Assembly (NCBI RefSeq): GCF_006345805.1
Contig: NW_021836469.1
Span: 1 to 24,094, forward strand
Direction of reading: 5' to 3'
DNA from: Octopus sinensis
Lineage: Eukaryota
Length of the DNA stretch: 24,094 nt
Below the pieces are notes generated by a model that saw only the letters and a program-made list of their open reading frames with translations, was not told where the DNA came from and made no database searches. How positions within the stretch are numbered: the first letter of the stretch is position 1; each line of letters opens with the position of its first letter. The position numbers and the translations under genes are program-made. Below are positions 12,179 through 22,629 of the stretch, piece after piece.

Positions 12179-12260
12179 TATGTATGTATATATATCATAT
12201 ACTTATATACATACACATATATGCATACATATACACATATATACCTATATATGTCAGTGG
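11190..12260. repeat. Microsatellite field: (CAC)n, (GAC)n, (AGG/AGT)n, (TTA/TTG)n, (TG)n, (TA)n, (CA)n
   Basis: Direct reading. Confidence 0.88.
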
Positions 12261-12361
12261 GGAGTGGAGTACGCGTGTGCACGCGTGTATGTATCTGAGT
12301 AAATGTATGTTAACGAAATACATATGTAGATACATGCATTTGGTTTCTGTTATTGTTCTTA

Positions 12362-12575
12362 TAGCCCTAGGTTAATTTTGATCGAGCCTAACGACGACCG
12401 TAGACGTTCCAACGGTGACCATGCAATTTTTTTTTTCTTCTACTAATTAAAACATATGTCTAGGACTGCAATATCTAATGTGTGTACGTGTGATTTTGTT
12501 TTACTTGTTAATCTAATTTAGGAAACATGTGGCTACTATTTCTAGCAAGTCGTTCGACCTCTTCGAAGCTTTCTC
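12362..12575 (-). repeat. Unclassified dispersed repeat family E, degenerate copy
   Basis: Reverse complement contains TTGCTAGAAATAGTAGCC (12531-12548) and TGGTCACCGTTGGAA..GATCAAAATTAACCTAGGGC, matching + strand motifs at 19765, 20724, 20844 and 21035-21083. Confidence 0.6.
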
Positions 12576-12609
12576 GTTGACACGTGTTCCGACTCATGTT
12601 GGGTCATGG

Positions 12610-12845
12610 TGTTGTTATTGTTGTTGTCGTTGTTGTTGTTCATTTTACTGCTGTTGCAGTTCAACTTGGACTGAACAAAGACAAGAAGAGATGTTTCAAT
12701 CCAACCGTGATCTTCCCATTGAAAAAAGTGCCGTTGTTGCTTTTGTTGTTGTTACTATTTCTGCTGTTGTTGATTTTGTTATTGTTTTTGTTGTTACTGT
12801 TGCTTTTGTTGATGTTACTATTGCTGTTGCTGCTGAAGTTGTTCT
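12610..12845. repeat. Degenerate (TTG)n tract
   Basis: Direct reading. Confidence 0.85.
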
Positions 12846-13015
12846 ACAATAGTCAAATCAGTCCTGATGGAACAGATATATTTGTGGACTAGTTTAAAAG
12901 CCGCACTCCATGCGCACTTTTAAGCTAACCCCTGCGCAGGGCTAATTGGACATGCAGTCCAAAACTACAGAGGTTAATAATGAAGCATTTATTGGTCCCC
13001 TACCATTATGGTATT

Positions 13016-13244
13016 CGACGAGCTGGCAGAAGCGTTAGCACGCCGGGCGAAATGCTTAGCGGTATTTCGTCTGCCGTTACGTTGTGAGTTCAAATTCCGC
13101 CAAGGTCGACTTTGCCTTTCATCCTTTCGGGGTCGATAAATTAAGTACCAGTTACGCACTGGGGTCGATGTAATCGACTTAATACCAACGTCTGTCCTTG
13201 TTTGTCCCCTCTGTGTTTAGCCCCTTGTGGGTAATAAAGAAATA
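13016..13244 (+). mobile_element. SINE family A (tail type 1), essentially full length
   Basis: CGACGAGCTGGCAGAAGCGTTAGCACGCCGGGCG...GAGTTCAAATTCCGCC (box B-like)...CCCCTTGTGGGTAATAAAGAAATA. Confidence 0.94.
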
Positions 13245-13589
13245 GGTATTACCTTACCAATATGTTTAAATGAAGTTCTTGTAAGTTCACAAATTTTTGG
13301 AGTTTTTTTAAATTTGAATTTTCAACTGTTAGCATATAACAAATCCTCACCCAGACCTGATCCTAATACTGGGTCTTCAAGAACCAAATGAAGGGCATAT
13401 TTTCAATCCCAGGATCATCCTGATTCTGAAAAAGTATAATATGCCTATGTAGAGCAAATATAGGCTGAGATGTAGGGCGTCGGACAGACGGACAGACAGA
13501 ATTTCGTTTATTATTATTACTCAGCATACAAAGGTAGACACTAAGATCTATATACAATAAACTCCCTCTTATCCGGTATTCATCCGCCC

Positions 13590-13688
13590 GCGGCTATATA
13601 AGAGGGCACTTACCCAAGATGTACAGTGGGACTGAACCCGAAACTACGTGGCTGCGAAACAAACATCCTAACCAAGCAACCATGCCAT
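13590..13688 (-). mobile_element. SINE family B head fragment, degenerate
   Basis: GGCACTTACCCAAGATGTACAGTGGGACTGAACCCGAAACTACGTGG matches 5378-5430. Confidence 0.7.
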
Positions 13689-13832
13689 CGGGACCATAAG
13701 CTTGCTGGATAACTGAATTTTTCATTTATCTGATTATTACATTTTAAATTACCACAGTACCTTATAAAAAACCATTAAAACTCTGTGTACTGCATTTGCC
13801 GGCATATAAGACGCACCGCTAATTTGCAAGGA

Positions 13833-14072
13833 CTGTAATCTCTCAACTATCGCGTGTGTTACGTTCCAAAACCCTGCGCGAAAGGTGAAAATCCGCGAAG
13901 TAGAAACAGTACGGTACTATATTTGTTTTTGTTTTTATTATTTTTATAATTCATGTATATTTATTTTATTATAAATGCAAAACAACACCTCAGAGGAATC
14001 GACGTTAGCTTAAATAATAAACCGCGATAGGTGAACCGCGATAGATGAACCGCGATATGGTAGGGATTACTG
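13833..14072. mobile_element. pogo/Tigger-like MITE, about 240 bp
   Basis: Left GACTGTAATCTCTCAACTATCGCG (13831-13854) vs reverse complement of the right end TACAGTAATCCCTACCATATCGCG (14051-14074): 17/24 identical. TA at 14073-74. Three subterminal AACCGCGATA repeats. Confidence 0.7.
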
Positions 14073-14116
14073 TATACATATTTGGTGGAAGAAACAAATT
14101 TAATTTTTGATCATAT

Positions 14117-14857
14117 AGGCACAGGCGTGGTCGTGTGGTAAAAAGCTTGTTCCGAGTTCTGTCCCACTGCGTGGTACCTTGGCCAACTGTCTTCAACTAT
14201 AGCCTCGAGCCGACCAAAGTCTTGTGAGTGGATTTGGAAAACGGAAACTGAAAGAAGCGTCTTGTGAGTAGATTTGGAAAACGGAAACTGAAAGAAGCGT
14301 CTTGTGAGTGGATTTGGAAAACGGAAACTGAAAGAAGCGTCTTGTGAGTAGATTTGGAAAACGGAAACTGAAAGAAGCGTCTTGTGAGTGGATTTGGAAA
14401 ACGGAAACTGAAAGAAGCGTCTTGTGAGTAGTTTGGAAAACGGAAACTGAAAGAAGCGTCTTGTGAGTGGATTTGGAAAACGGAAACTGAAGACGTCTTG
14501 TGAGGGATTTGGAAACCGGAAACTGAAAGAAGCGTCTTGTGAGTAATTTGGAAAACGGAAACTGAAAGAAGCGTCTTGTGAGTGGATTTGGAAAACGGAA
14601 ACTGAAAGAAGCGTCTTGTGAGTAGATTTGGAAAACGGAAACTGAAAGAAGCGTCTTGTGAGTGGATTTGGAAAACGGAAACTGAAAGAAGCGTCTTGTG
14701 AGTAGATTTGGAAAACGGAAACTGAAAGAAGCTCTTGTGAGTGGATTTGGAAAACGGAAACTGAAAGAAGCGTCTTGTGAGTAGATTTGGAAAACGGAAA
14801 CTGAAAGAAGCGTCTTGTGAGTGGATTTGGAAAACGGAAACTGAAAGAAGCCCGTCG
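14117..14857 (+). mobile_element. SINE family B 5' arm with an internal tandem amplification
   Basis: AGGCGTGGTCGTGTGGTAA..TTCCGAGTTCTGTCCCACTGCGTGGTACCTTGG..CCGACCAAAGT, then the array, then CCCGTCG, which is the normal continuation seen in the other two copies. Confidence 0.88.
14221..14850. repeat. 40-bp minisatellite, 16 units, with alternating G/A variants (80-bp higher-order repeat)
   Basis: Unit CTTGTGAGT[G/A]GATTTGGAAAACGGAAACTGAAAGAAGCGT counted directly. Small indels in units 6-9 and 13. Confidence 0.97.
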
Positions 14858-15374
14858 AGAAGTGTGTGTTTGTAGGGGAATGGGGTGCATATAGTTTTAT
14901 TGGGTGTGTGGACGTATGTGGAGGTGTGCAAGGATGGGAACGTAGTGGCGGGATATAGTTTGGGGGATGGTGTGTGGGTGTAATCGTATTGCATATGAAA
15001 GGATGGTGTGGAGGGGAAGATGACGAGGAAGTCGCGAGTAAGTGGAGAAAGGGAAACGGAACGTGCTTCTTTAAAAAAATCATTAATGAAAAAGCAGCAT
15101 AAATAGTGAAAAAGTTGATCTTCCACTATTCTGAAAAAGAAATATTTCACATTCTCTCGAAGTTTCTAAATTCTTATGACGTCAGCAATATATGCTTTCA
15201 AATTTCCCTTTGATCAGTGCCCACCAATGTCTTAATGCTTTGATTACGCTTTCTTCTTGATACCTCTCTAGTTTTTCATTTTACTGTTTGATGCTGGTGG
15301 CTCTAGAACCCTCAATAACTCCATGGTTGTAGCGAACGTGCAAGGGATTTCGTCCTTTGGATAGTTAATATATA

Positions 15375-15765
15375 TCTCTATATATAAAGCTGAAGTTGTC
15401 TGTGCATGGCAGGTTTGGTAGCCTTCAACTAACACTATCTCCTCCGAGACCCTGCGGCGCAAGTTGACCAAAATTGAGAGTATGATAGAAGAAGGCTTGC
15501 TCTTCCTTCCGTAGAAGAAAAAATTCAAATCGGACCATATTAACACCAAAAATTATTTACATCAAAAAGGTGCTTTTTTTTATGAAAATCCCTATTTTTT
15601 AACGATTTTTTTGACTGCTGTATCGCTATTTTTCGGTGTGTTTCAACCAGAAAAATGTTCACTTAAAGAGAATAACAAGCTACATAATGCAAAAGTTTTA
15701 CTTTTCAAAAATTCCAATTCTAAAGGGTCGAAAGAAACCCGAGCAACGCCGGGCGATACTGCTAG
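15375..15765 (+). mobile_element. Non-autonomous Helitron-like element, about 390 bp
   Basis: A|TCTCTATATATAAAG at the 5' end. GC-rich subterminal hairpin CCCGAGCAACGCCGGG (15738-15753), then CTAG|T (15762-15766). Inserted between A and T, no TSD and no TIR. Confidence 0.75.
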
Positions 15766-16057
15766 TAAAACGATATAAGCATTCCAGAAACTAATGTAAA
15801 TATTCTATGATGTTTTTTGGTCGTTGTATTTTCATCCCATTTCTCCTGGCCCATTAGCACTTCAGCCAATCCTTTCCATGCATTTCTTCAAAGGATTGAA
15901 TTACAAGATTGAACAAAGATATAATCTTTCAGTGTCGTTATGTATTATTACACAATTCTATTATTTACACACATTATTACAACCTGACTCTTTAGCATTC
16001 AGATTTCTCTGTCAAATGTAATATGTATCCACATTGCATTATATCACTGATGCATTA

Positions 16058-16291
16058 GCTATTTCTTTACTACCCACAAGGGGCTAAACACAGAGAGGAC
16101 AAACAAGGACAAACAAACGGATTAGGTCGATTATATCGACCCCAGTGTGTAACTGGTACGTATTTAATCGACTCCGAAAGGATGAAAGGCAAAGTCGACC
16201 TCGGCGGAATTTGAACTCAGAACGTAACGGCAGACGAAATACGGCTACGCATTTCGCCCGGCGTGCTAAGGTTTCTGCCAGCTCGCTCGCC
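16058..16291 (-). mobile_element. SINE family A (tail type 1), full length, with perfect 18-bp TSD
   Basis: TATATCACTGATGCATTA at 16040-16057 and 16292-16309 flanks a complete reverse-strand copy. Confidence 0.96.
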
Positions 16292-16419
16292 TATATCACT
16301 GATGCATTACCTCGTCGCTTTGAAATTTCGATGATGTGAGTAGAAGGTAGGAATGAGAAGCCGGATTTGGTTGGATTGGACATAAAATGGATAGGATATT
16401 TGGGCTGGATATGGCTGGT

Positions 16420-17650
16420 TTAAATGCTAAAGGAGCAAATCTTAACGGACTTTCGGGATAGCTTGTCACGAATAAAATTAGAGACAATACTACACTTACT
16501 TAGTGTGTGCAGCATTGAGTTCTTATTTTCTCGAAGAACTGTTAATCTTTCGAATGGCTTTGAAGACTGTTTCATACAGGTTAATAATGGATTTCTCCTC
16601 ATTCGAAATGTGCACCATTTCATAAGAGAGGAACTCCTTCTCACCTGAGAGGTGATTCTCTTTCTGAGGGTTAACTTTTTCTACATGGGAGATGGCTCCG
16701 AATTTGACTCGGAGCACTTTCACCGGATCTTTAATCCAGCGACAGAAATCGTCGCCGGTCGAGACGAACTTGTCTCTGCAACAGCCTAGATACAAATACA
16801 CTGGATTTGTTCTGATCTATGTGTGCTCCAGTATATACCTGGTTGTTCTTTCAGGATGGTGTCGATGATTTCTATATCCGAAGTGTCCGGTACCATGATA
16901 GTGACGTCGTCCGCCTATGCAAACACGGCTCTCGCGTGACCTAGTTCCTGCGAGATATCCCTAAAACTCTCTAGCCGTCGCAACAAATGTTTCAACGCCA
17001 AAACTTATAAAAGCGGGGAGAGGGTACATCCCTGGCAAACTGAGCATTTGATCCTGAAAAACTCCGAGAGGTAGCCGATTGATTTGACTATCGAATAGAT
17101 GCCGTTGTGCATTGTGATGATCCAGCCTCTGAAGACGAGACCGAAGCTGACAGTTGTTAGGACACCCACCTGATAGCAATGGTCCACCCTGTCAAAATCC
17201 TGTGGTTCATCAAAATCGGATATGTTCTCGACTCCTTGTACGATGCACCTCGAGTCAGAAGTTGTTGTATAGGATAGGATAAAGCTCTTTCGCGAGTCAT
17301 ACCGACACATAAGGGCTGGTTTCGCAGTTTCTCTGGCATATATATTCTTCCCTGGACTGGACGCCGGTCGGTCCGTCGCAGGATTACTCATTTTTGTCAG
17401 CTGATTGCCCGGGAGCAATGTGAAGTGATGGGTTTTGCTCAAGAACACAACGCGTCGCCCGGTCCAGAAACTGAGACCACAATCTTACGATCATGAATCC
17501 AACACCCCTAACCACCAAGCCAACGTTTCCACCGAAACTGTCGTAGACCTGCCGAGGATCGCAAAGGTTTGAGCGTCTCCGACATCACTTCCAACAACAA
17601 ACGCCAGCCTCTTGGCGAGCACCTTTGCAAGAATCTTTGACTCTGTGTCG
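16420..17650 (-). mobile_element. Decayed L1/Tx1-like LINE reverse-transcriptase remnant
   Basis: KILAKVLAKRL (17605-17637); QDFDRVDH...GWI...VKSIGYLSEFF.IKCSVCQGCTLSPLL (ORF 17005-17448); A*ADDVT, i.e. YADD with Tyr mutated to a stop (16906-16917); PVKVLRVKFG. Left boundary approximate. Confidence 0.85.
17280..17524 (-). mobile_element. SINE family C inserted in the LINE remnant
   Basis: TTTTGCTCAAGAACACAACGCGTCGCCCGGT..ACCACAATCTTACGATCATG is shared with 10168-10235. It splits the RT between the GRS and FDRVDH motifs. Confidence 0.88.
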
Positions 17651-17699
17651 AGAAGAGAGTCACAAGAGCACACAGGGAAAAGGTACGGCCACTTATAAA

Positions 17700-17815
17700 A
17701 CGATCGAACCACATTACTAGGCTGGTACCTATTTTTATCGATCTCCCATGTAGTATAATATGCAAAATTGATCTCAGCGGGATTCGAACTGGGAATGTAA
17801 AGGATGCGGTAACAC
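17700..17815 (-). mobile_element. SINE family A, highly degenerate fragment
   Basis: CTGGTACCTATTTTTATCGATCTCC...GCAAAATTGATCTCAGCGGGATTCGAACT resembles the reverse-strand core. Confidence 0.55.
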
Positions 17816-17919
17816 AATATAACACAAGGTATTATTATAAGCATCACTTTACTAATTCTGTTATAGACTAATAATAGCAATAGCGATATTAATATCGACA
17901 TATCGCGATTGCTACTGCT

Positions 17920-17972
17920 GCTGCCGATGATGATGATGATGATGACGACGACGATGATGATGATGATGTCAC

Positions 17973-18012
<40 letters not shown>

Positions 18013-18500
18013 TACATAAATATTTATGATGATAATGATGGTTGCTGGTGGTGGTGATTGTGATGACAACGATGACAACGGTTTTGGCGATGATGATGAT
18101 GATGATGATTATGATGATGAAACTATCCATCAGAAATGGTGGTGGTGACGATAGTGTTGCTGTTGCTGACGGTGGTGGTGGCGGTGGTGGTGGTGGTGCT
18201 ACTGTTACCGTTACTGCTGCTAATGACGATTATGATGATGATGATGATGATGATGATGATAATGATGATGACAATGACAACGACGGCGACGATGACAGCA
18301 GCGACGACGACGATGACGATGATGATGATGAAAGTGAAAGTGAAAGTGATGATGTTAATGATGATCGTGATAGCGTTGCTGCTGCTGCTGCTGGTGTTAC
18401 TCTTGTTGGTGGTGGTGTTGGTCGTGACGATGACGTTGAAGATGTTGGCAATGATGATGATGATGATGATGATGACGGTGGTGGTAATGACGACGACAAC

Positions 18501-18537
<37 letters not shown>

Positions 18538-18560
18538 GCGCTGGTGCTGGTGGTGCTGGT
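17920..18560. repeat. Mosaic of trinucleotide tracts (GAT, TAG, GGT, GAC, GCT)n
   Basis: Direct reading. All six frames give homopolymer peptides. Confidence 0.93.
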
Positions 18561-18969
18561 GTTGATACCGTGCGTCTTCCTGACTGGTGGGCGTGACCAA
18601 AATATTCTTGCTAAAAATAGCCCATTAGTTTTACTACTTAATGTATGGCTGCTTTCTATATGTTGCGTATGCGTGTATGCGTATGCACGTGTACATGTGC
18701 GCATGTGTTCTCGTTCGTGTATGTATGGGTGTGTGTCTTACATAGTTGTGTGAGACGGGGAAACAGAAAGAGAGAGAGAGAGAAAGATGTGCGATATCAA
18801 GCGATAGCACACAACATAATACAATATACATACGATATAACGGTAGATGAAAGAAAGAGAGCGAAAGAGAAGAGAATTTTTTAAAAAAGGGAAAAACTGA
18901 AGATTAAATCAGAAATAGCCAAGACAAGGGCGAGAGGAACCTCGGAGTATATATAAAGAGTATATATAA

Positions 18970-18982
18970 AGAGTGTGTATAT

Positions 18983-19013
<31 letters not shown>

Positions 19014-19054
19014 CTATATATATATATATATACATACATATATAAATCTATATC

Positions 19055-19090
<36 letters not shown>

Positions 19091-19356
19091 ACACATTTGT
19101 GTCCACAGGCTGTATTGGACTTACTTACTGGACAGATGCGCTATCTATGCTGTGGTAAGTAAATATTTTACATACATGTACACACGCACACATACACATA
19201 TATGTATGTATGTATGTATGTATGTATTTATGTATGTATGTATGTATGTATGTATGTATGTATCAAGGTGTGTGAATGTGTGTTACATGTACATATATTT
19301 AATGTACGTTTGTATGTAGCTCAGTGTGTGTGAATGTCTGTGTATATGTGTATATA

Positions 19357-19411
<55 letters not shown>

Positions 19412-19432
19412 TATCCGTATATATATATACAA

Positions 19433-19473
<41 letters not shown>

Positions 19474-19600
19474 AGTATATAGATATATATATACATATAT
19501 ATACAAGTATATATGTAATGTTATATATTATACATACATATAAATATATCTACATACATATGTAGACGAATGTGTGTGTGTGTGTGTGTTTGTGTTTGTT
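18970..19600. repeat. (TA)n / (ATGT)n / (TG)n field surrounding a short unique island
   Basis: Direct reading. Confidence 0.9.
19109..19154 (+). other. Candidate 46-nt internal exon of an unidentified host gene
   Basis: TTTGTGTCCACAG| acceptor and G|GTAAGT donor bracket a non-repetitive island between microsatellites. All three frames are open (AVLDLLTGQMRYLCC / LYWTYLLDRCAIYAV / CIGLTYWTDALSML). Protein not recognised. Confidence 0.5.
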
Positions 19601-19744
19601 TTTAAGTGTGTGAACGCTGTGCTGTCCAAGGGACCCACAGCCACTCTTTCCTCACACACAGCCTCATTTAATTGTTTTATTTTATTTATTTATTTATTTA
19701 TTTATTTTTAATCAATCTTGACCCTAAACGAGCCAATGAGATAA

Positions 19745-19810
19745 TCTTTACGTGGCTGTCTGATTTGCTAGAAATAGCAGCTAAATCTCATTCAAATTCC
19801 CACTCACCTA
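19745..19810 (+). repeat. Family E fragment
   Basis: TTGCTAGAAATAGCAGCTAAATCTC shared with 20724-20750. Confidence 0.6.
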
Positions 19811-19891
19811 CATCACCTATCGTTGCACTAAAACCGCCAGGATCAGTCAATCTATCTGTCCATCAATCCATCTGTCTATCTGTCTTGTCTG

Positions 19892-20590
<699 letters not shown>

Positions 20591-20694
20591 AGACAAATAT
20601 TGGCAGGTTATGGGCCCTTGATGGCTAGGTGACCCCTGACCTTCCCCACTACCTCACAGGGGGACACCTTTGTTTATCTGTCCTACGCGAATCA

Positions 20695-21083
20695 ATGAGG
20701 GCATCTCTATGTGGTCACTCAATTTGCTAGTAATAGCAGCCAAATCTTCCTTCAATTACACATGTACGTACATACACACATTTTAAAGGGCGTGTTAGAT
20801 TTGATAATGTGTTCTTGGTTTCTCTGTTCTCTTCACAAGCGTTGGTCACGGCTGGAATAGATTTGATCATAGGGTAGACCTGGAGTTGAACAACTACTAC
20901 AATAACAAAAGCGACCCGATCAGGGAACTGAGTCCTTGACTAGCTAGAACTAGTAGCCTAACACTGCAAACCCACGCACTAATTCCAAAATGTTCAATTA
21001 AATTAAGGTGGAATAGACATGGTGTTGGGACGCCTTTGATCATAAGTCTTCTTGATCAGATTTGACCAGGGGTTAAACAACAA
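20695..21083 (+). repeat. Family E copy (20695-20900) plus a second 3' part (21010-21083)
   Basis: GTGGTCACTCAATTTGCTAGTAATAGCAGCC; GGTCACGGCTGGAATAGATTTGATCATAGG; CGCCTTTGATCATAAG..TGACCAGGGGTTAAACAAC. Confidence 0.6.
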
Positions 21084-21202
21084 GTACAACAGCAACAATA
21101 ACAAAAATAATCACAATAACAATACTAACCCCCACCCCACCTCTAACAAAATTTCCGTCCTTGTACCTGTGTTGGAAAGTATAATTATCATTATTATTAT
21201 GA

Positions 21203-21440
21203 AGGTGGTGGGCTGGCAGAATCGTTAGCATGCCGGACAAAATAGTTAGCGGCATTTCGTCCGTCTTTACTCTCTGAGTTCAAATACCGACGATGTTCAT
21301 TCACTTTGTAGTTCATCCCTTCGAGGACGACAAAATCATATCAATTGAATTCTGGGGTCGATGTAATCGATTTAGACCGACCCAACCCGACCCCACCCCA
21401 CCCTACCGAACCTGTTGGCCTTTGCCAAAACTTGAAGTCA
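21203..21440 (+). mobile_element. SINE family A (tail type 2), degenerate full length
   Basis: AGGTGGTGGGCTGGCAGAATCGTTAGCATGCCGG...GAGTTCAAATACC...GGGGTCGATGTAATCGA...GGCCTTTGCCAAAACTTGAA. Confidence 0.85.
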
Positions 21441-21534
21441 TTATCATTTAATTATATGTAAAACACCCACATTTTATGTCTGTCTTTGTATTGACCCCGA
21501 CATCCTTCGTCCTAGTGGTAAATAAAAGCAATCA

Positions 21535-21650
21535 TCATCATCATCATTATTATTATTATTATTATTATTATTAGTTGTAGTAGTAGTAGTAGTAGCAGCA
21601 GCAGCAGTAGTAGTAGTATCAGCAGCAGCAGTAGTAGTATCAGCAGCAGC

Positions 21651-21683
<33 letters not shown>

Positions 21684-21684
21684 T

Positions 21685-21720
<36 letters not shown>
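21535..21720. repeat. Compound (TCA)n-(TTA)n-(TAG)n-(CAG)n tract
   Basis: Direct reading. Confidence 0.95.
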
Positions 21721-22107
21721 AGGCGATGAGCTTGCATACCGGACAAAGTGCTTAGCGGCATTTCGTCCGACATTACGTTCTGAGTTCAGATTCCACCGCG
21801 GTCACTTTTTACCTTTCATCTCTTCACGGTCGATGAAATAAGTACCAGTTGAGCACTAGGGTCGATGTAATTGACTAGCTTTCCCCACTATCACCACCAC
21901 TACCACCACCACCACCACCACCACCACCACCACGAAAGTTCAGGCCTTGTGCCTATAGTAGAAAGGTTTTGAGTTCAAATTCCGCCGAGATCGACTTTGC
22001 CTTTCATCCTTTCGAAGTCGATAAAATGAGATTGGGGTCGTTGTAATCGACTAAGCCCCACCCCTTAAATTTCAGACCTTGTGCCTAAAGTCAAAAGGAT
22101 TATTATT
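21721..22107 (+). mobile_element. Two head-to-tail SINE family A copies (tail type 2): 21721-21966 and a 5'-truncated copy at 21967-22107
   Basis: Both carry the CCTTTCATC..GTCGAT core and a CCTTGTGCCTA.AGT..AAAGG tail. The first has a (CAC)n expansion in its linker; the second ends in GGATTATTATT. Confidence 0.87.
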
Positions 22108-22250
22108 GCTTTAATTCTCAGAACTCTTGATCTTGCTCTGATTGACCCTGTGAGAGCGGACATCAACCTGTTGTCAAACATCTCACAGGATTTCTTTCTG
22201 AAAATTATAAGCTTTGGTACTTGGATGTTAACTTATGGTGGAAGACACTC

Positions 22251-22326
<76 letters not shown>

Positions 22327-22329
<3 letters not shown>

Positions 22330-22540
22330 TAGTTTTTATTTTTATAGCGTACTTTCACTTCACTACCGAGCACAGCTCTGTGTGCCTTGGGTATGTGCTG
22401 TGATTTGTTGTGATGCTCTGATGGTTATTGTATGGAAAGTGTTCTGCGTTGGATGTGTGCAGTGCCTAGTAGTACAATTTTCTGTATGTTATATGTGTTT
22501 GTAAGTCCTGGTGTTTTTGTTATGTATTTGTCTGAATATA
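22327..22540 (-). mobile_element. 3' end of an R4/Dong-like RLE non-LTR retrotransposon (subfamily 1)
   Basis: 22538 to 22425 on the minus strand reads YSDKYITKTPGLTNTYNIQKIVLLGTAHIQRRTLSIQ* (not in the ORF track). It is followed by a ~100-bp 3' UTR and a (TAA)n tail, with (TAA)n upstream as well. Confidence 0.78.
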
Positions 22541-22546
22541 AAAAAA

Positions 22547-22628
<82 letters not shown>

Positions 22629-22629
<1 letters not shown>

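Noticed and set aside
13010-13250. GGTATT as a TSD of the 13016 SINE
   Set aside because: Only 6 bp, and GGTATT also occurs inside the element, so it is not a reliable TSD.
13351-13425. Minus-strand candidate exon (TACTTTTTCAG| ... TGG|GTGAGG, 75 nt)
   Set aside because: Splice signals look plausible, but all three frames contain stops. It could only be a UTR or terminal exon, and nothing else supports that.
13564-13606. 9-bp inverted repeat CCCTCTTAT/ATAAGAGGG
   Set aside because: Short, and the right arm overlaps a diverged SINE B fragment. Compatible with chance.
14221-14850. CRISPR-like array
   Set aside because: Units are contiguous with no unique spacers, derive from a SINE, have no cas genes nearby and lie in a eukaryotic context.
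14860-15060. G-rich segment after the array as a G-quadruplex
   Set aside because: G-runs are irregular and widely spaced. More likely a decayed (GT)n-type SINE spacer.
14111-15150. Three overlapping long minus-strand ORFs (259, 296, 317 aa)
   Set aside because: The reverse complement of the 40-bp unit has no stop in any frame, so all three frames are open. The peptides are permutations of the repeat.
18042-18753. Poly-Asp / poly-Met / poly-Ser / poly-His ORFs
   Set aside because: Translations of (GAT)n/(GGT)n mosaics with no non-repetitive domain and no convincing splice sites.
22081-22332. 83-aa ORF with a protein-like middle (RTLDLALIDPVRADINLLSNISQDFF)
   Set aside because: Begins in a SINE tail and ends in (ATT)n. 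There is a possible acceptor at about 22126 but no strong donor and no recognisable homology.
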